DNA of 62,285 nucleotides, filler included, from 11 parts of 11 records of this genome joined end to end with filler, not necessarily neighbours in it; one strand, 5' to 3'. Positions 10,801 through 21,843 are shown, counted from the whole stretch's first letter. Notes: a model not told the origin generated them from the sequence alone. Program-made: numbers and translations.

Positions 10801-13366
10801 CAAACTCAGCGGACAGCTGCGACACAGCACCCGCATCGTGGTTGCGCACAGCATGCTGCAATGACCATTCGAGCTCTGCCAGTCGCACATCCACGGTCCC
10901 ATTAGCAGTGGTCAAGGACATCGCCCTGCCCATCACCCGCACCCATCCGCCTGCCGTTGACGTATTGCCTCGGTCACCTTGGAACCACCACGTGTCTGGT
11001 GAGTTGATTGTATAGGGTGCCGAGCCATCGACAGACACAGTGTAAGTATCTAGCGCCATCGTGGCTGGGATCACGAATTTCAAACTCGCTTCTGACACCT
11101 GTGTAGCTGCAACTACAACTGAGTCACCGGCCTCGGTCTTGATCGACACTTTTGGAGCAGCTGCCCAGCCAGACCCTGCTAGCATAACAGTTTCGCCGGG
11201 GCGAGCAGGCTGCGTAGCCCAGAAAATTGTTGTTGCGGCAGTGATTTGGTCATCTGACTTGAGCGGCGGTTTGCATGCAGCGGTGCGTGGAATAGGCTGT
11301 TCGCACGGTCGCTGCCCGGCCTTTGGTTTGTACGACTTCCATTTATCAAGTTGGTTTTTGTATGATTGATCAAGCACGTCGCACCAAGGGTCTTCGAGCC
11401 CCCCACTGCCAATCGGAGGAATGGCGACTCCTATCCCTTTCAGCATCTGTGCCATAGTCTCGTTCGCATTGAGATTCTGATCGATTGCTCCGGAGTAGTA
11501 GGTACCCTCTGGCAATAGCCACTTGATGAGGATAGAATTGCTGGCATAGTAGCCGTTCTCTTTGACGATCGGGATCGAAGCGGACAACACAGACCGGCGG
11601 TCGACAGAACCCTCCACTACAGTGAAGATGTCAGGCCACTTAGAGCGCGCAGCTGCAAGAAACGCCTCCATGTTGTCACATTCAGCTTCATCGAAGTAAA
11701 AACCTCGAACGCCCTTGTTGATCCAGTGCTCCATACGATCAAGATTTCGTTGCAGTTGATTTGGCGGCCATCCCAGCATATCATGGATCCACTGAAAATC
11801 TCCTTTCTGCGTCACCCGAAAACCATCAGGGCCAGTGCCGTACTCCACTGCTACCTTCTTGATATCCCAGGTGGCGTCCCCACCCGGCGCGTCAGGTCCG
11901 CGAGTGATGTTGACGATATCTGAACAAGGGCGTTGGAACCAGAATACGTTGACGCCCGCGTCTTTGAATTCCGTCAAGAACTTTGCCATCACTGCGTCGT
12001 CATGCTCTGCAATATTCGGATCGAGAAACTCTGTTACAGGATTGAACTCGTTCGCCTGGCCGTTGTTTGTCTCCCAACTCGAGAAGAGCGCAGTACCCCA
12101 CACGCCGAAGAGATTCGTACCAAATCCACGTAACGACTCTGCAGTGGACTGTGGGTTGCTTATATTGTACAAACTCATTTGTGGTAACCGGTCCTTGCCG
12201 CCCGCACCAACTCGCCCCGCCTCGTATGCGTTCACTTTGAACGGTCCAGTGGGGCAGTACGAAACTTGGCCGTATGTTTTGTCAAAAAACTGTTTGTACG
12301 GCTCGATTGTCTCTTGCCAATCTGCGGCCGCCGCAAGCTTGAATGCGACGGTCAGCGAGCTGCTTTTGTTGGTCAAAGACATCTGAGCACTGCCACGGAA
12401 GCCAGCCAGATACCCTGAGAACGGGATCATTTGCTTGAAGCTGACTTCCTCGCCCACATCGATCGTATCGAGATACATCATACTAATAGCGACGTTCTCA
12501 TCTGCCATGATATCAACGGGCGAGAATGCACCGCGGGGGTAGGTCCCAGGCGTCTCAGTATGAGTTGCACACATCCCATGGGCATATTTGGACACCGTGC
12601 ATTTCCCAGTCCACGTGTTGTTGTAGCCACCGTAGTCTGGTGCCAGCTCCCACATCTGATTGTGGTCAACATTCAAGCTATCGTTCGCGTACAGGTTGCC
12701 TAGTTGGAGCGAACCTAGAAGGACGGGAATCAGCACCGTCGCTGCTGCGCCTTGCTTTCGAGTTACGTTCATGGTTACGTATATTGTATCACCAGAGAAG
12801 TGGAACGTGTCAGAAACCATCAATTCTTGGGACTCGACTGAGACCACGACAGTGTGTGCACCAGCGTCCACTGAGACTGGGGCCGTCAGCTGCGGGGCAC
12901 CGATGACCTCGTCGACGACCTTTGACCAGTCGCTTGCCTGGTGTGTCTGCCAGTGCGTGCCGCCGCCCATCAAATTCCCGCTTGCCGAGTGCATCCACAA
13001 CTGCGTGCCCGAGACGTTCGGTGCGTTTGGGCGCAAGTCGTACGGTGTGGGGAAACGGTATGACTCGTCCCACAGAATGCGGCGAGAGCCACCCGGCGCT
13101 GTGGTCCAGTTCAACTCCACCAAACGACCGTCTGTCTCGTTGAAGAGATACGACAGAGTGGGGGGCGGGTCCCCACCCTCTTCCGTATCTGTGGGCTTGG
13201 AGCACCCAGGATCCACCGGCCAGTCTCGCAGCCCATCTCCATCGTTGTCGAGCCCGTCGCTGCACGCCGGCAGCGTACCGTCGCGCACCGCGTGTGAGGC
13301 TCCACTGGCGCTAGCCTCCGCCGCGCAGACCCCAGCACACCCAGCCAAGGCTGCCAGGAGCAGCAT
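7883..13366 (-). CDS. Large secreted carbohydrate-active protein (~1650 aa, 7 exons): signal peptide, CSDGxDNDGDG..D...DPGC motif, putative glycoside-hydrolase TIM-barrel module, LKSDD linker, Ig/IPT-like domains, pectin-lyase-like right-handed beta-helix
   Basis: Reconstructed exons: 13366-10502, 10433-8985, 8914-8833, 8689-8627, 8534-8347, 8269-8197, 8106-7883. All introns are GT-AG, the phases are compatible, and the total is 4944 nt. Motifs: signal MLLLAALAGCAGVCAA; KGVRGFYFDE; NATAAVVAALETCGKNGGGVVYFPRGKY (Pectate_lyase_3/GH55-type N-terminus); repeated xxxNxx beta-helix turns. Confidence 0.8.
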
Positions 13367-14198
13367 GCTCTCGTGCCGTCCGCGCGTCCTGCGCCGAAGC
13401 CGTCCACCAGCGCACGCGCGCGCTACGCCCGCGACCACCCGACAGCTATCGATAGCGCTCAGCCCGCCACGCGCGCGCGGACGACCGCGGATCTTTCACT
13501 CGTACGCGTGCGCGCGCGCGAGCTCCACCGGCCGCGCCGTCACTGTATTGGAATATGGGTATTTCTGACTCGGCTGTTCGTGAGTCTGATCATCACTGAG
13601 TGACTACCGTACATGTACTGGTATGTGTATGAATGCATGTACCCCCTTACAGTGCAACTCTATTCTCCCGTGGGAGCGAGAGTTGTGGCCAGGTATTTTT
13701 GGTCCCAAGAACATCCTTTCACTATGAGGGTATGACTGGTGGGACCGGTACAAAATAGATCTATTGTACCATTTTCTCTGATTCAGCCTCAGTGGCGGGC
13801 TACGTGGTTGACTGTACAGTACACAGTCTATCTGACGGTAGCGGAACAGCTACACGAGGTGGTGGTGGTGGCCCTGGTGCGAGGGTGTAGGCGACGCCGC
13901 GGCCGGTGCCGCAGTCGCTGGGGGCGTTGTAGACACAGCACACGCTGAGCAGGAAGAGGACAATCACCTACGGCAAGTCCGCTCACGTGGTGCACAACCT
14001 GCTGCGTGCACTCTCCGCGAAGAAATGTCCGAAGAACGGCTTTGGTCGTCAGCAGCTTGCTTCCGACACAGTTAGTGCAGATTGCCCGTCAGTCGCCTNN
14101 NNNNNNNNNNNNNNNNNNNNNNNNNNNNNNNNNNNNNNNNNNTTAATTAATTAANNNNNNNNNNNNNNNNNNNNNNNNNNNNNNNNNNNNNNNNNNNN

Positions 14199-14223
14199 GA
14201 GAGAGAGAGAGAGAGAGAGAGAG
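14199..14223. repeat. (GA)n microsatellite at the contig start
   Basis: Visible dinucleotide run; a second short run lies at ~14325-14340. Confidence 0.95.
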
Positions 14224-14343
14224 CTGACAGCGTGCATGCGACTGATGACGAGTGGAGCGCGATGATCTCACGCGCGCTGATGCGCAGGTAAACGACGGTG
14301 AGCAGTGCACACGAGAGGAACAATTGAGAGAGAGAGAGAGGCG

Positions 14344-16851
14344 ATGTCAACCGTGCATCCGGACCCGGAGACGCAGAAGATGACGGACCTGGCGACGGCC
14401 GGGGAGACCGCCCCGATCAAGCTGACGGGTCTCTCGTCAGCGCAGATCAAGCTCCGCACCAGCAAGAACTACAAAGGGATCGTCATGGCCGTCATGCTGA
14501 TGTTCAACTTGATCGATATACTGGGTACCATCTTGTTCATGCCTGCTGGCGGTATTCTCTGCCAGCGCGCCGAAGGCGGTCCCACGGACAGCATGGCTAA
14601 GGTCCTCAAGCTTCCGACAGCCCTGAACAGTGAGCTCGCGGAGATGGGCTCGTCACCGGCCCTGATCCTGCTCCACAACGACCTCAGCGCAACGTTCCCG
14701 TGTGATTCCCCGACACACGAAGGAACTGCGTACCCACGTCTGCCCAACAAACCACCATGCTCTGACGGGGAGTCAGCAACCCAGGAAGCATGCGAAGCTG
14801 CGGGCGAGCTGTGGAACGAATCGCCCGAAACATGTGAACTCCGGGACCTGTACATCCGCGGAGATCTAGACGCGGAGTTCTTAGCTTGGGACACGCTGGG
14901 GATGCCCAAGGCGTTCCCCCGCGACCTTCCATTTGGTTTCTCGACAGCCATGAACATCCTGGTCATGGTCGGCTCCCTTTCCGGTGGCCTCGGCGGTGCT
15001 GCTTGGGGCTTCATCTCGGACAAAGTCGGCATCAAGATCTGCGCGCAGATCTGCCTCGTCGGTGGCACCTGCGGCTACTTCATCATGTACTTGGCCGGCG
15101 TTGAGTGGAACAGCTTCTGGTGGTACGCCGTGGGCCAGATCGTCAACGGGTTGTTCAGCGGATCGGGTGTTCTGGTCCCCACATTCATTACAAAGTTATT
15201 CCCGCCCGAGGAAGCTGCCAAATATCAGGGAATGGTGATGCTCAACATGATGGTCGGGGCTGGCCTGGGCGCGCTACTGTTGATGCCGTTCATCGCTGGC
15301 AGGGGCGAGAACGTATTCAACGCAGCTTGGGTCGGTATTATCGGCTCTGTTGTTATCTTCCTCGCTATAACATTCGTGGTGGCAGAGCCAAAGAAGTCTG
15401 CCAAGGAGGAAGCTACCGACGCGAAGGCAGAAGCCAAAAAGGAGATTCCAAAGACGCCAATGATGGTAACGAGGATGCTGTGGATTGTGATCATCGCTGG
15501 TGCGTTCGACGCGGCTGGTGACGAGGGAACACGAATCTCACGCGGTACAATTTTGCAGAATAAGTTCCCGGAGGTAAGCTCAGCTATCGATTTGATTGTG
15601 CACGCAGATGATGTTCTGCTAGCACCAGGCGCTGCCGTCTCACTCTGCCCCGCGGATGCTGATGTGACGCAGACCAATACCATAACCTTCCAAAATGTTC
15701 TGATTCTGTCTCTCATCGGTGTGGCTCTGGTCTCAATGATCTTTACTGGCATTGGTCGAGGGATGTGTGGCTTTGGCGTAACGGCTGTTTTCGGCGCCTC
15801 CGCAACTGCTCTAACTCAGTTCTTGCTGATGACCTTGGATTTCAAGGACTACGGCATGTTCCTTGCGCTGTGGTACGCTGGCAAGACCTTCGGCTTCCTC
15901 AGTAGCTTTGCTGGGATGTTCGTCATCGCTGAGCAGGCCCCAGAACACGAAAAGGGGAAGTGGAACGGAATTTCGTCTGGCCTCAACGGGATCATTGAAG
16001 CAGCCGCTACCATGTCCATGGCAATTATATACGATGAAACACTAAAGAGCGCTGGTGCGGCGTGGGAAGCTGAGCAAATCGCTGCAGACTTAGCCGGTCG
16101 CGCAAGAAACATGGCCCTTTTTGACGAGTATGACGATGCCCTCCGCGGAAAGACAACTCTTATGATCACCGTCACAGTCAGCTGCCTTGCTGTACTTGCA
16201 TACCTTCCGCTGGTGCCGCTCGCGGGCAAGCCGAAGGACGAAAGCGAAGAGGCGAAGAAATTCCGCACCGTCGAGGACTATCTTGCAATGTCGGACAAGG
16301 AGCTGCGCCAGATGACACTCGAAGAGGCTGCCTTCATTGGAGACCAGATGATGAAGAGGGATCCTCCAGTAATGCCCAAGGTCATGACATGGGGAAGCTA
16401 CACAGAACAACGCCCAGAGCTTATCGGCGAGGGTGGCTTGCAGGACCGTGCTCGGTCGGACTTCAAGTTCATGAAAACGTACATTCTCGATATGCTGACT
16501 TCTCAAGAAAAAATGGACCAAGCGCGTGTCGAGATGAAGATGATGCGCGAATGGGAAGAGCAGAACATCGACAAGGAAGCAGCCAAAATCGAGATGGGCC
16601 GCTGGCTGGCTGACTACCTGGACGATGCTGGCTACGATAACTGGTCAAGCTATCCCTGCATCTACAAGGCTATGTTCATCAACGCGTTCCCACCTATCGA
16701 TCCGCTCGATGACAAGATGGTCGACGCCGACACCGTTGACCTTGAAGCTTTGCTGCTGGGCTTCCTCAACGTGGCTGACCAGCATATCAAGCATTCCGAG
16801 ACCGGAATCTTCGAGAAGATGAAGCCGCGCGCACTCCGCACTGTCAAGTAA
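14344..16851 (+). CDS. Major facilitator superfamily transporter with a large extracellular loop and a ~200-aa soluble C-terminal extension; one in-frame intron (15574-15672)
   Basis: About 12 hydrophobic helices; MFS motif A variant WGFISDKVGIK; GQIVNGLFSG; EQAPEHEKGKWNG. The 99-bp GTAAGC...GCTGAT...ACGCAG segment is stop-free and is read through by the ORF track. Confidence 0.88.
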   Translation: MSTVHPDPETQKMTDLATAGETAPIKLTGLSSAQIKLRTSKNYKGIVMAVMLMFNLIDILGTILFMPAGGILCQRAEGGPTDSMAKVLKLPTALNSELAEMGSSPALILLHNDLSATFPCDSPTHEGTAYPRLPNKPPCSDGESATQEACEAAGELWNESPETCELRDLYIRGDLDAEFLAWDTLGMPKAFPRDLPFGFSTAMNILVMVGSLSGGLGGAAWGFISDKVGIKICAQICLVGGTCGYFIMYLAGVEWNSFWWYAVGQIVNGLFSGSGVLVPTFITKLFPPEEAAKYQGMVMLNMMVGAGLGALLLMPFIAGRGENVFNAAWVGIIGSVVIFLAITFVVAEPKKSAKEEATDAKAEAKKEIPKTPMMVTRMLWIVIIAGAFDAAGDEGTRISRGTILQNKFPEVSSAIDLIVHADDVLLAPGAAVSLCPADADVTQTNTITFQNVLILSLIGVALVSMIFTGIGRGMCGFGVTAVFGASATALTQFLLMTLDFKDYGMFLALWYAGKTFGFLSSFAGMFVIAEQAPEHEKGKWNGISSGLNGIIEAAATMSMAIIYDETLKSAGAAWEAEQIAADLAGRARNMALFDEYDDALRGKTTLMITVTVSCLAVLAYLPLVPLAGKPKDESEEAKKFRTVEDYLAMSDKELRQMTLEEAAFIGDQMMKRDPPVMPKVMTWGSYTEQRPELIGEGGLQDRARSDFKFMKTYILDMLTSQEKMDQARVEMKMMREWEEQNIDKEAAKIEMGRWLADYLDDAGYDNWSSYPCIYKAMFINAFPPIDPLDDKMVDADTVDLEALLLGFLNVADQHIKHSETGIFEKMKPRALRTVK

Positions 16852-17167
16852 TCAAGGATCGCTACTGGTCACGACTGGACATGCTATACAGCACGGCACG
16901 ATACATCTATGGCTCTGCAACGGCAGCGCCGCGCAGCGAGTGGGTGAGAATCTTTGTGCAGTATACTCGGGAAAATGAAACTGCTTAGAACCCAGTTACA
17001 CGACTTGATAGATTCATTCGAGTCGGACAATCTAGAGCTAGACATTTAAAGCAACAACGCAATCTGAGTCGCCAGTTCCTAGTTGAGGAGCGTCGGGGAC
17101 TTGGCGTTCTTGCCGGCGCGATAGCTACAACTGGAAAAGTCCAGCTGAGCCAGCGCTCCTGTTAGTA

Positions 17168-18973
17168 TCATCTGGTGGTGCCGGCGGGTACAGTGTTAGC
17201 ACCGGCTTGCTGCCAGCAGCTGAGAAACTGCGGCATGGGCAGTGACTTGAGGAACGTGGCCGTGGAGCATGGCTGCAATTGCTGCGCGGAACCCGTGAGC
17301 AGTCCCTGATGTATTTGGTGCGCAATAGAAATGTCATCCAGAACCAGTCTTGATAGCGCCGAGCGTGCAGCGGCACTGGTGGCCCACAGTGTGTCGGCGT
17401 CCTTCGCGTTGTAGCGATGCAGCAACGCATCTAGCAGGATCGGCTCAACTTGTCGCGAGTGTGCCTGCAGGTTAATGGACGCAATCTGCCGAAGCACCAC
17501 CGCCTTGGCCTTCGGAGGCTCGACAATCGGCTTGCCACCAGCCGGGTGCAGCTGTGCGGCAGCGACAGTCAGGCAGCGCACGAAACGCTCTGCACGCTCG
17601 ATCAGCTTCGTGCACGAACCGCAAGGTTTCTCGCAGCTCTGGCGCCGAGTTACGTGTCCGGTCGGGCTGCTCGATACTCCCACCATGCGCTGCAGGCAAT
17701 CGTGGCAAGGTTCAGCCGGTCGCGCAGCGGGCTTGCGGGCAGGGCCCGAGTTTGGCGTGGTTGATCCGCTGCTCGCCACTTCCTGCTTCTTGGACAGCTT
17801 CTTCTGGTACTCGCAGGTGTTGCACCAGGCGACGTTCGGCGGATCTCCGTAGTGTTTCCGACCATAGCAGCACTTCATCCACGTACACTTCCTCAGCATG
17901 ATCTGCGGACGAAAGACACCATCGACGACACAGTTTGTGACGTTGAGGCCGCCGGCATGCCAGCGACACGTGTTTCCGATCTTAGTGGTCTTCCGATCGC
18001 CGGTCCAGTCGCTCCTCTCGCACAGCACAAAGCGCAGCGTGTGGCTCCGTCCGCCGCTGTCGCGTCCCCGGAGAGTTGCGTCGAGGCTCCCGCCAACACA
18101 CCAAGCCACTGACGTTTTGGCCAGGCCGCTGGCTCCATCCAGCCACCGGACAAGAGCGCTGACCAGGCATTCGAGGTCTTCAAATTTTGTATTCCGATCA
18201 ATCGACCATCCGGAAGAGCGCAGGATTTCCTGCGCACGTCGCTCCGATTCCCGCTCCTCTCGAGAGTGGCGGCCCTTCGCGGACAGGCTCCGGAACGGAC
18301 CGTTCGGGAGTGCGCCGAGGTTGAAGCCATACGGTAGGACCTTGACCGAGCGCTGATTCCACTGCTTAGCGCGCAGGTCGAACTCGCACCCGACGACCAG
18401 GTTGCCGCCGACTTCGCTGCTGCCGGCGGAGCATGGAGCACAGGACGCCGCGGCTAACCGAGTGGCGCTACCCTGGCGAGGAGGTGCGACTGCTGAGGCC
18501 GGCGGGTCGAACTCGTCGCCACCTGCGGAGAGGTCGTTGCTGAAACCAGCCTGGATACCCGCCGGGTCCACTGACATGGCCGCGAACTCTGGGGTGCCGC
18601 CACCCGTTTCCTCCGACTCTGAGTCGCCGCTCATGGAGCTGGGCGTGCTCGAGCTCCACACCGGGGACGTAGGGCGGGCTTTCGGCTCCGCTCCAAATGG
18701 GTTGCGGAGACCGGCCTCGACGTCGAACGTTCCGATGCTGTCGAAGTCCTGGTCGGGCAGCAGGGTGAGGTTCTCCTGCGACAGCCTGGAGGAGAGCCGC
18801 ATCTCCTGCCGCGAGCGCTTGTGCGAGCCGTGGGGTGATGTAGAGACGACCGCTGCGCCCGGCTCGGTCTTGATCTGCATCAGGTCCATCGCCTCCAGCC
18901 CCGGCAGCGCGGTCCAGTCGGCACCGGACGGGATGTCGTGGTCATCCCAGCTGTCGTCCATGCCGTTGTACAT
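17168..18973 (-). CDS. Hypothetical protein, probably nuclear and zinc-binding (acidic, Ser-rich N-terminus; Cys clusters)
   Basis: About 600-aa ORF from ATG 18973. Contains IKTE (psi-KxE), HKRSR, CTWMKCCYGRKH..WCNTC and PCHDC...CEKPCGSC. No family recognised. Confidence 0.65.
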   Translation of the reverse strand: MYNGMDDSWDDHDIPSGADWTALPGLEAMDLMQIKTEPGAAVVSTSPHGSHKRSRQEMRLSSRLSQENLTLLPDQDFDSIGTFDVEAGLRNPFGAEPKARPTSPVWSSSTPSSMSGDSESEETGGGTPEFAAMSVDPAGIQAGFSNDLSAGGDEFDPPASAVAPPRQGSATRLAAASCAPCSAGSSEVGGNLVVGCEFDLRAKQWNQRSVKVLPYGFNLGALPNGPFRSLSAKGRHSREERESERRAQEILRSSGWSIDRNTKFEDLECLVSALVRWLDGASGLAKTSVAWCVGGSLDATLRGRDSGGRSHTLRFVLCERSDWTGDRKTTKIGNTCRWHAGGLNVTNCVVDGVFRPQIMLRKCTWMKCCYGRKHYGDPPNVAWCNTCEYQKKLSKKQEVASSGSTTPNSGPARKPAARPAEPCHDCLQRMVGVSSSPTGHVTRRQSCEKPCGSCTKLIERAERFVRCLTVAAAQLHPAGGKPIVEPPKAKAVVLRQIASINLQAHSRQVEPILLDALLHRYNAKDADTLWATSAAARSALSRLVLDDISIAHQIHQGLLTGSAQQLQPCSTATFLKSLPMPQFLSCWQQAGANTVPAGTTR

Positions 18974-19744
18974 CGTCGCCCCTGTGTCCTCTACCGTTCT
19001 GACTATCACCCTCTTGCTCCTCTTGCTCCTGCCGGCTGAGGAATTCGAGCTCCTGCGGTGGTCACCAAAAAATCGACCCACCCCACGGCGACGCACAAAA
19101 CCACAGAAAGTGGCTCTTCCCCAGCCTACCACTCCCCTCCCAAGGCACCTAAACCCAACTCCGCTGCACCACCCTCACCAGCCGCTCTCACACTGCCCCC
19201 ACCACCGTTTTCTCACCCTCAAACGCCTCGAAACCCCCGAAAACGACCTGTTTTCGCTGCCAAAAGCGCCCAACTGCGTCAGGACCAGTGTTTTTCTGCC
19301 CTCCACCGTCTGTCTGTCCTCACGAGCTGAATGCCTCGCCAGGGGCAAATTGCGTACTGCAGCTACAATTTCGAAGACTTGAATCGTCGATGGTTATGGT
19401 AAATCCTGAAATGAGGGAGAAAGTAGTACTAGTTTGTAGCGGTGTTGACCTCGCCCTTTATCGATGATCCCTCGCTGCGAGAGTACTAGATCTAGTATCG
19501 TGTGCTGCTACAGGCTGTACAGCTGTAGGAATTCCTAGCTAGTGCTGGTGTCGAACATGTGTCTGCTCCCGACGTCGGCCTCACACACTTTTGCTCGCAT
19601 GCGACGGCAGTGATGCAGACACTGTTTCAGCTGTACAGTACAGTGTACAGTATCCCATCCAGACTGGAATTTCAGTTGAGCAGAAAAGACGGACAGGGAC
19701 ACGAGCCAAGCCGCAGTGGCCAGTGCCAAGCCGGACTGGTGCTT

Positions 19745-20179
19745 CGGACTGGTGCACCAGTCCGGACTGCTGCCGATTGCATGTTAACTGTCGCCGGGCG
19801 AATGCAGATTTGTGCCATTTGAGCGAGTTTGCGCGTTGGGTGACTCGCGGTCTGAGCGAAGTTGGGAGTTGAGTCTCTATTGAATTTTGACTGATCATTG
19901 CTCAACTCCCAACCTCGCTGTTCCGCGAGCGGGGAAATCGGCGCCGAACGTTCGCCGGAAACCGCGACACTTAACATGCAATCGGCAGTGGTGCTTCGAT
20001 GACCAGCAGACTCTAATCGCCGATTGAGACCAGTCTTGCGTAAATGGAAAATGTGTATTTGACCCGACCCACCGCTGGCTCTGAGAACTCGTGTATTTGG
20101 CCCGACCTGGGTACCCCCCCCCTGCAGAATCGACGCTCGCGATCCTGCAACTGGGTCGACCCAGGTCGGGTCAAATACA
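19745..20179. repeat. Cluster of intergenic inverted repeats
   Basis: A perfect 20-bp palindrome CGGACTGGTGCACCAGTCCG (19745-19764); a 19-bp IR at 19855-19873/19901-19919 (1 mismatch); a 21-bp IR at 20092-20112/20159-20179 (1 mismatch), with a third partial arm at 20054-20069. Confidence 0.9.
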
Positions 20180-21237
20180 ATCGCTTTACAAACCCGTACT
20201 GATGCAATAATGAAAACTTCATTTCCACTGTGAGCTAGTACTACTCTCTAGGCACCATGTCCCCATCTCGCGCGGCACGCCGGTACCCACGATACGTGGA
20301 CGGAGCGGTCCGGACGCTGCCAGCCCGCTGCCGCCAAGCGGTCGCGCAGCACGTCGCGCAAGCTCAAAACGCTCCCGAACTGGAGCGAAGAGGTGTTCCG
20401 AGTGATCAGCTGAATGTGCTCGTTCAGCTGCTTTACCGTCATCAACGCCATTGGTAGATGTCTACTCTATCGTAATCCCGATATCGATGTATTCTATGAG
20501 ATGCTGCTGGCACTGCTGACGGCAGCGTTAGGCTGGTATTCTGCACCCTCAGGCGGGCTCTAGTCCTTTGCGAGTCTGAAGCTCATGTAGCACACCGTCT
20601 TGAGGCGCGTGAGCTTGTCACCAGTCCACTCAGGGATACACTCTCGGCATTGTCTCACGGCACTTCGTGCAATTGAATGCCGACATGAACGGTTCCATGT
20701 GCTTGATGCGCCGTCCATGGTGTCTGGGCTTGCACAAACGAGGCGAAGCAATAGGCCAGTTCTAGCGTGTATTCCCACGGACCGCACTGCTGGCTGAGGC
20801 AGCATGCTTCCAGCAACGGAATAAATTCTAGGGTACTTGGCACTGGGGAGCTGCTGCGCTAATCGACTGGTCAAACTGTGCTGAGCGTCTACAGCATTTA
20901 TAAAACCACCAAGTGTGCCAACAGCTTCGCACGCTCTGCTTGCTGAGCTTTCAACAACACTGCTCCAAGCTAGGCAGCAGCCGTTGTAGCACTTTCTACT
21001 GTGTGGTGGGCGCGGCCAACGTAAAGCTATATAGTCATCGACGTCGTGGTTGTGCTGCGTGATCGCGGTGAAGAGCACCAACGGTTGCCCTTACACGATT
21101 GTAGAGCACGCAGGTGCAATCACGAGCACCACAGATACCCCTATGTTGCCCCGAAAACAATTGTGACATCGCGTAAACCAGAGCTAGTGTTGGCGCCCTA
21201 GCTGCTGTACTGAGAGCCACAGTGCCTCGTGTGCCTG

Positions 21238-21843
21238 TCAAAATTGCAGCAAGCGCTGCAGCCACGCGTTCATGTGATCTGCGTTCAGCTCTGTTGCATC
21301 GCTCGACTTGGCAGTCTCCTTTTCGAACATTGCGCCCAGCAACTCACGAAACTGCATGGTGCTGAGCGCGCCGCCGTTCGCCACGAATTCTTTCGAGATC
21401 GGCCGCGAGAAGTTCAGCTTGTCCATCACCGGCAGCCCGGGCGTCTGGTGGTCGGCCCACCAGGTGACGAACGTTGTTTGGAGAACCTGGCCTGTGTCTG
21501 CAATATCCAGTGTAGCAATAGCCCGGTCTACCATACTCGTGTGCACCAGCGCTCGACCATCGCCTGACGGCTTCTTTGCCACGGGCGGGGCTGTGGTGGG
21601 TTCGACGTGCCGATGTTCCATAGGCAGCGGTCGCATGCCGACGGTCTGTGTCCTGCTCGTTGGTCCGCGAGCCGCAAAGCGCGTGCGCACAGCAGGACGC
21701 ACTCCGTTCCTGGTGATGCCCACTCGCTCCAAGAACGGCCCGACGATCTCTACACCCGGGACAAGCCAGGTCGTCGACTTGCTGTGCGGGTCGATGAAGT
21801 ACTTGCGGCCGGTTGCCTGGTCGAATGCTTCCTCCCAGTCGTC
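21238..21843 (-). CDS. WW-domain-containing protein, 5'-truncated by the contig end
   Basis: The frame is open from the contig edge and reads DDWEEAFDQATGRKYFIDPHSKSTTWLVP, a canonical WW signature. It continues into the 21238-21732 ORF. Confidence 0.8.
   Translation of the reverse strand, partial: DDWEEAFDQATGRKYFIDPHSKSTTWLVPGVEIVGPFLERVGITRNGVRPAVRTRFAARGPTSRTQTVGMRPLPMEHRHVEPTTAPPVAKKPSGDGRALVHTSMVDRAIATLDIADTGQVLQTTFVTWWADHQTPGLPVMDKLNFSRPISKEFVANGGALSTMQFRELLGAMFEKETAKSSDATELNADHMNAWLQRLLQF

Noticed and set aside
13780-14098. Possible terminal exon on the minus strand (VIVLFLLSVCCVYNAPSDC...)
   Set aside because: It is short, at a contig edge and without homology. Plausible but unsupported.
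20257-21200. Short ORFs (20257-20457 +, 20560-21081 -) as genes
   Set aside because: No recognisable motifs and no convincing exon chain. I cannot support them without transcripts.
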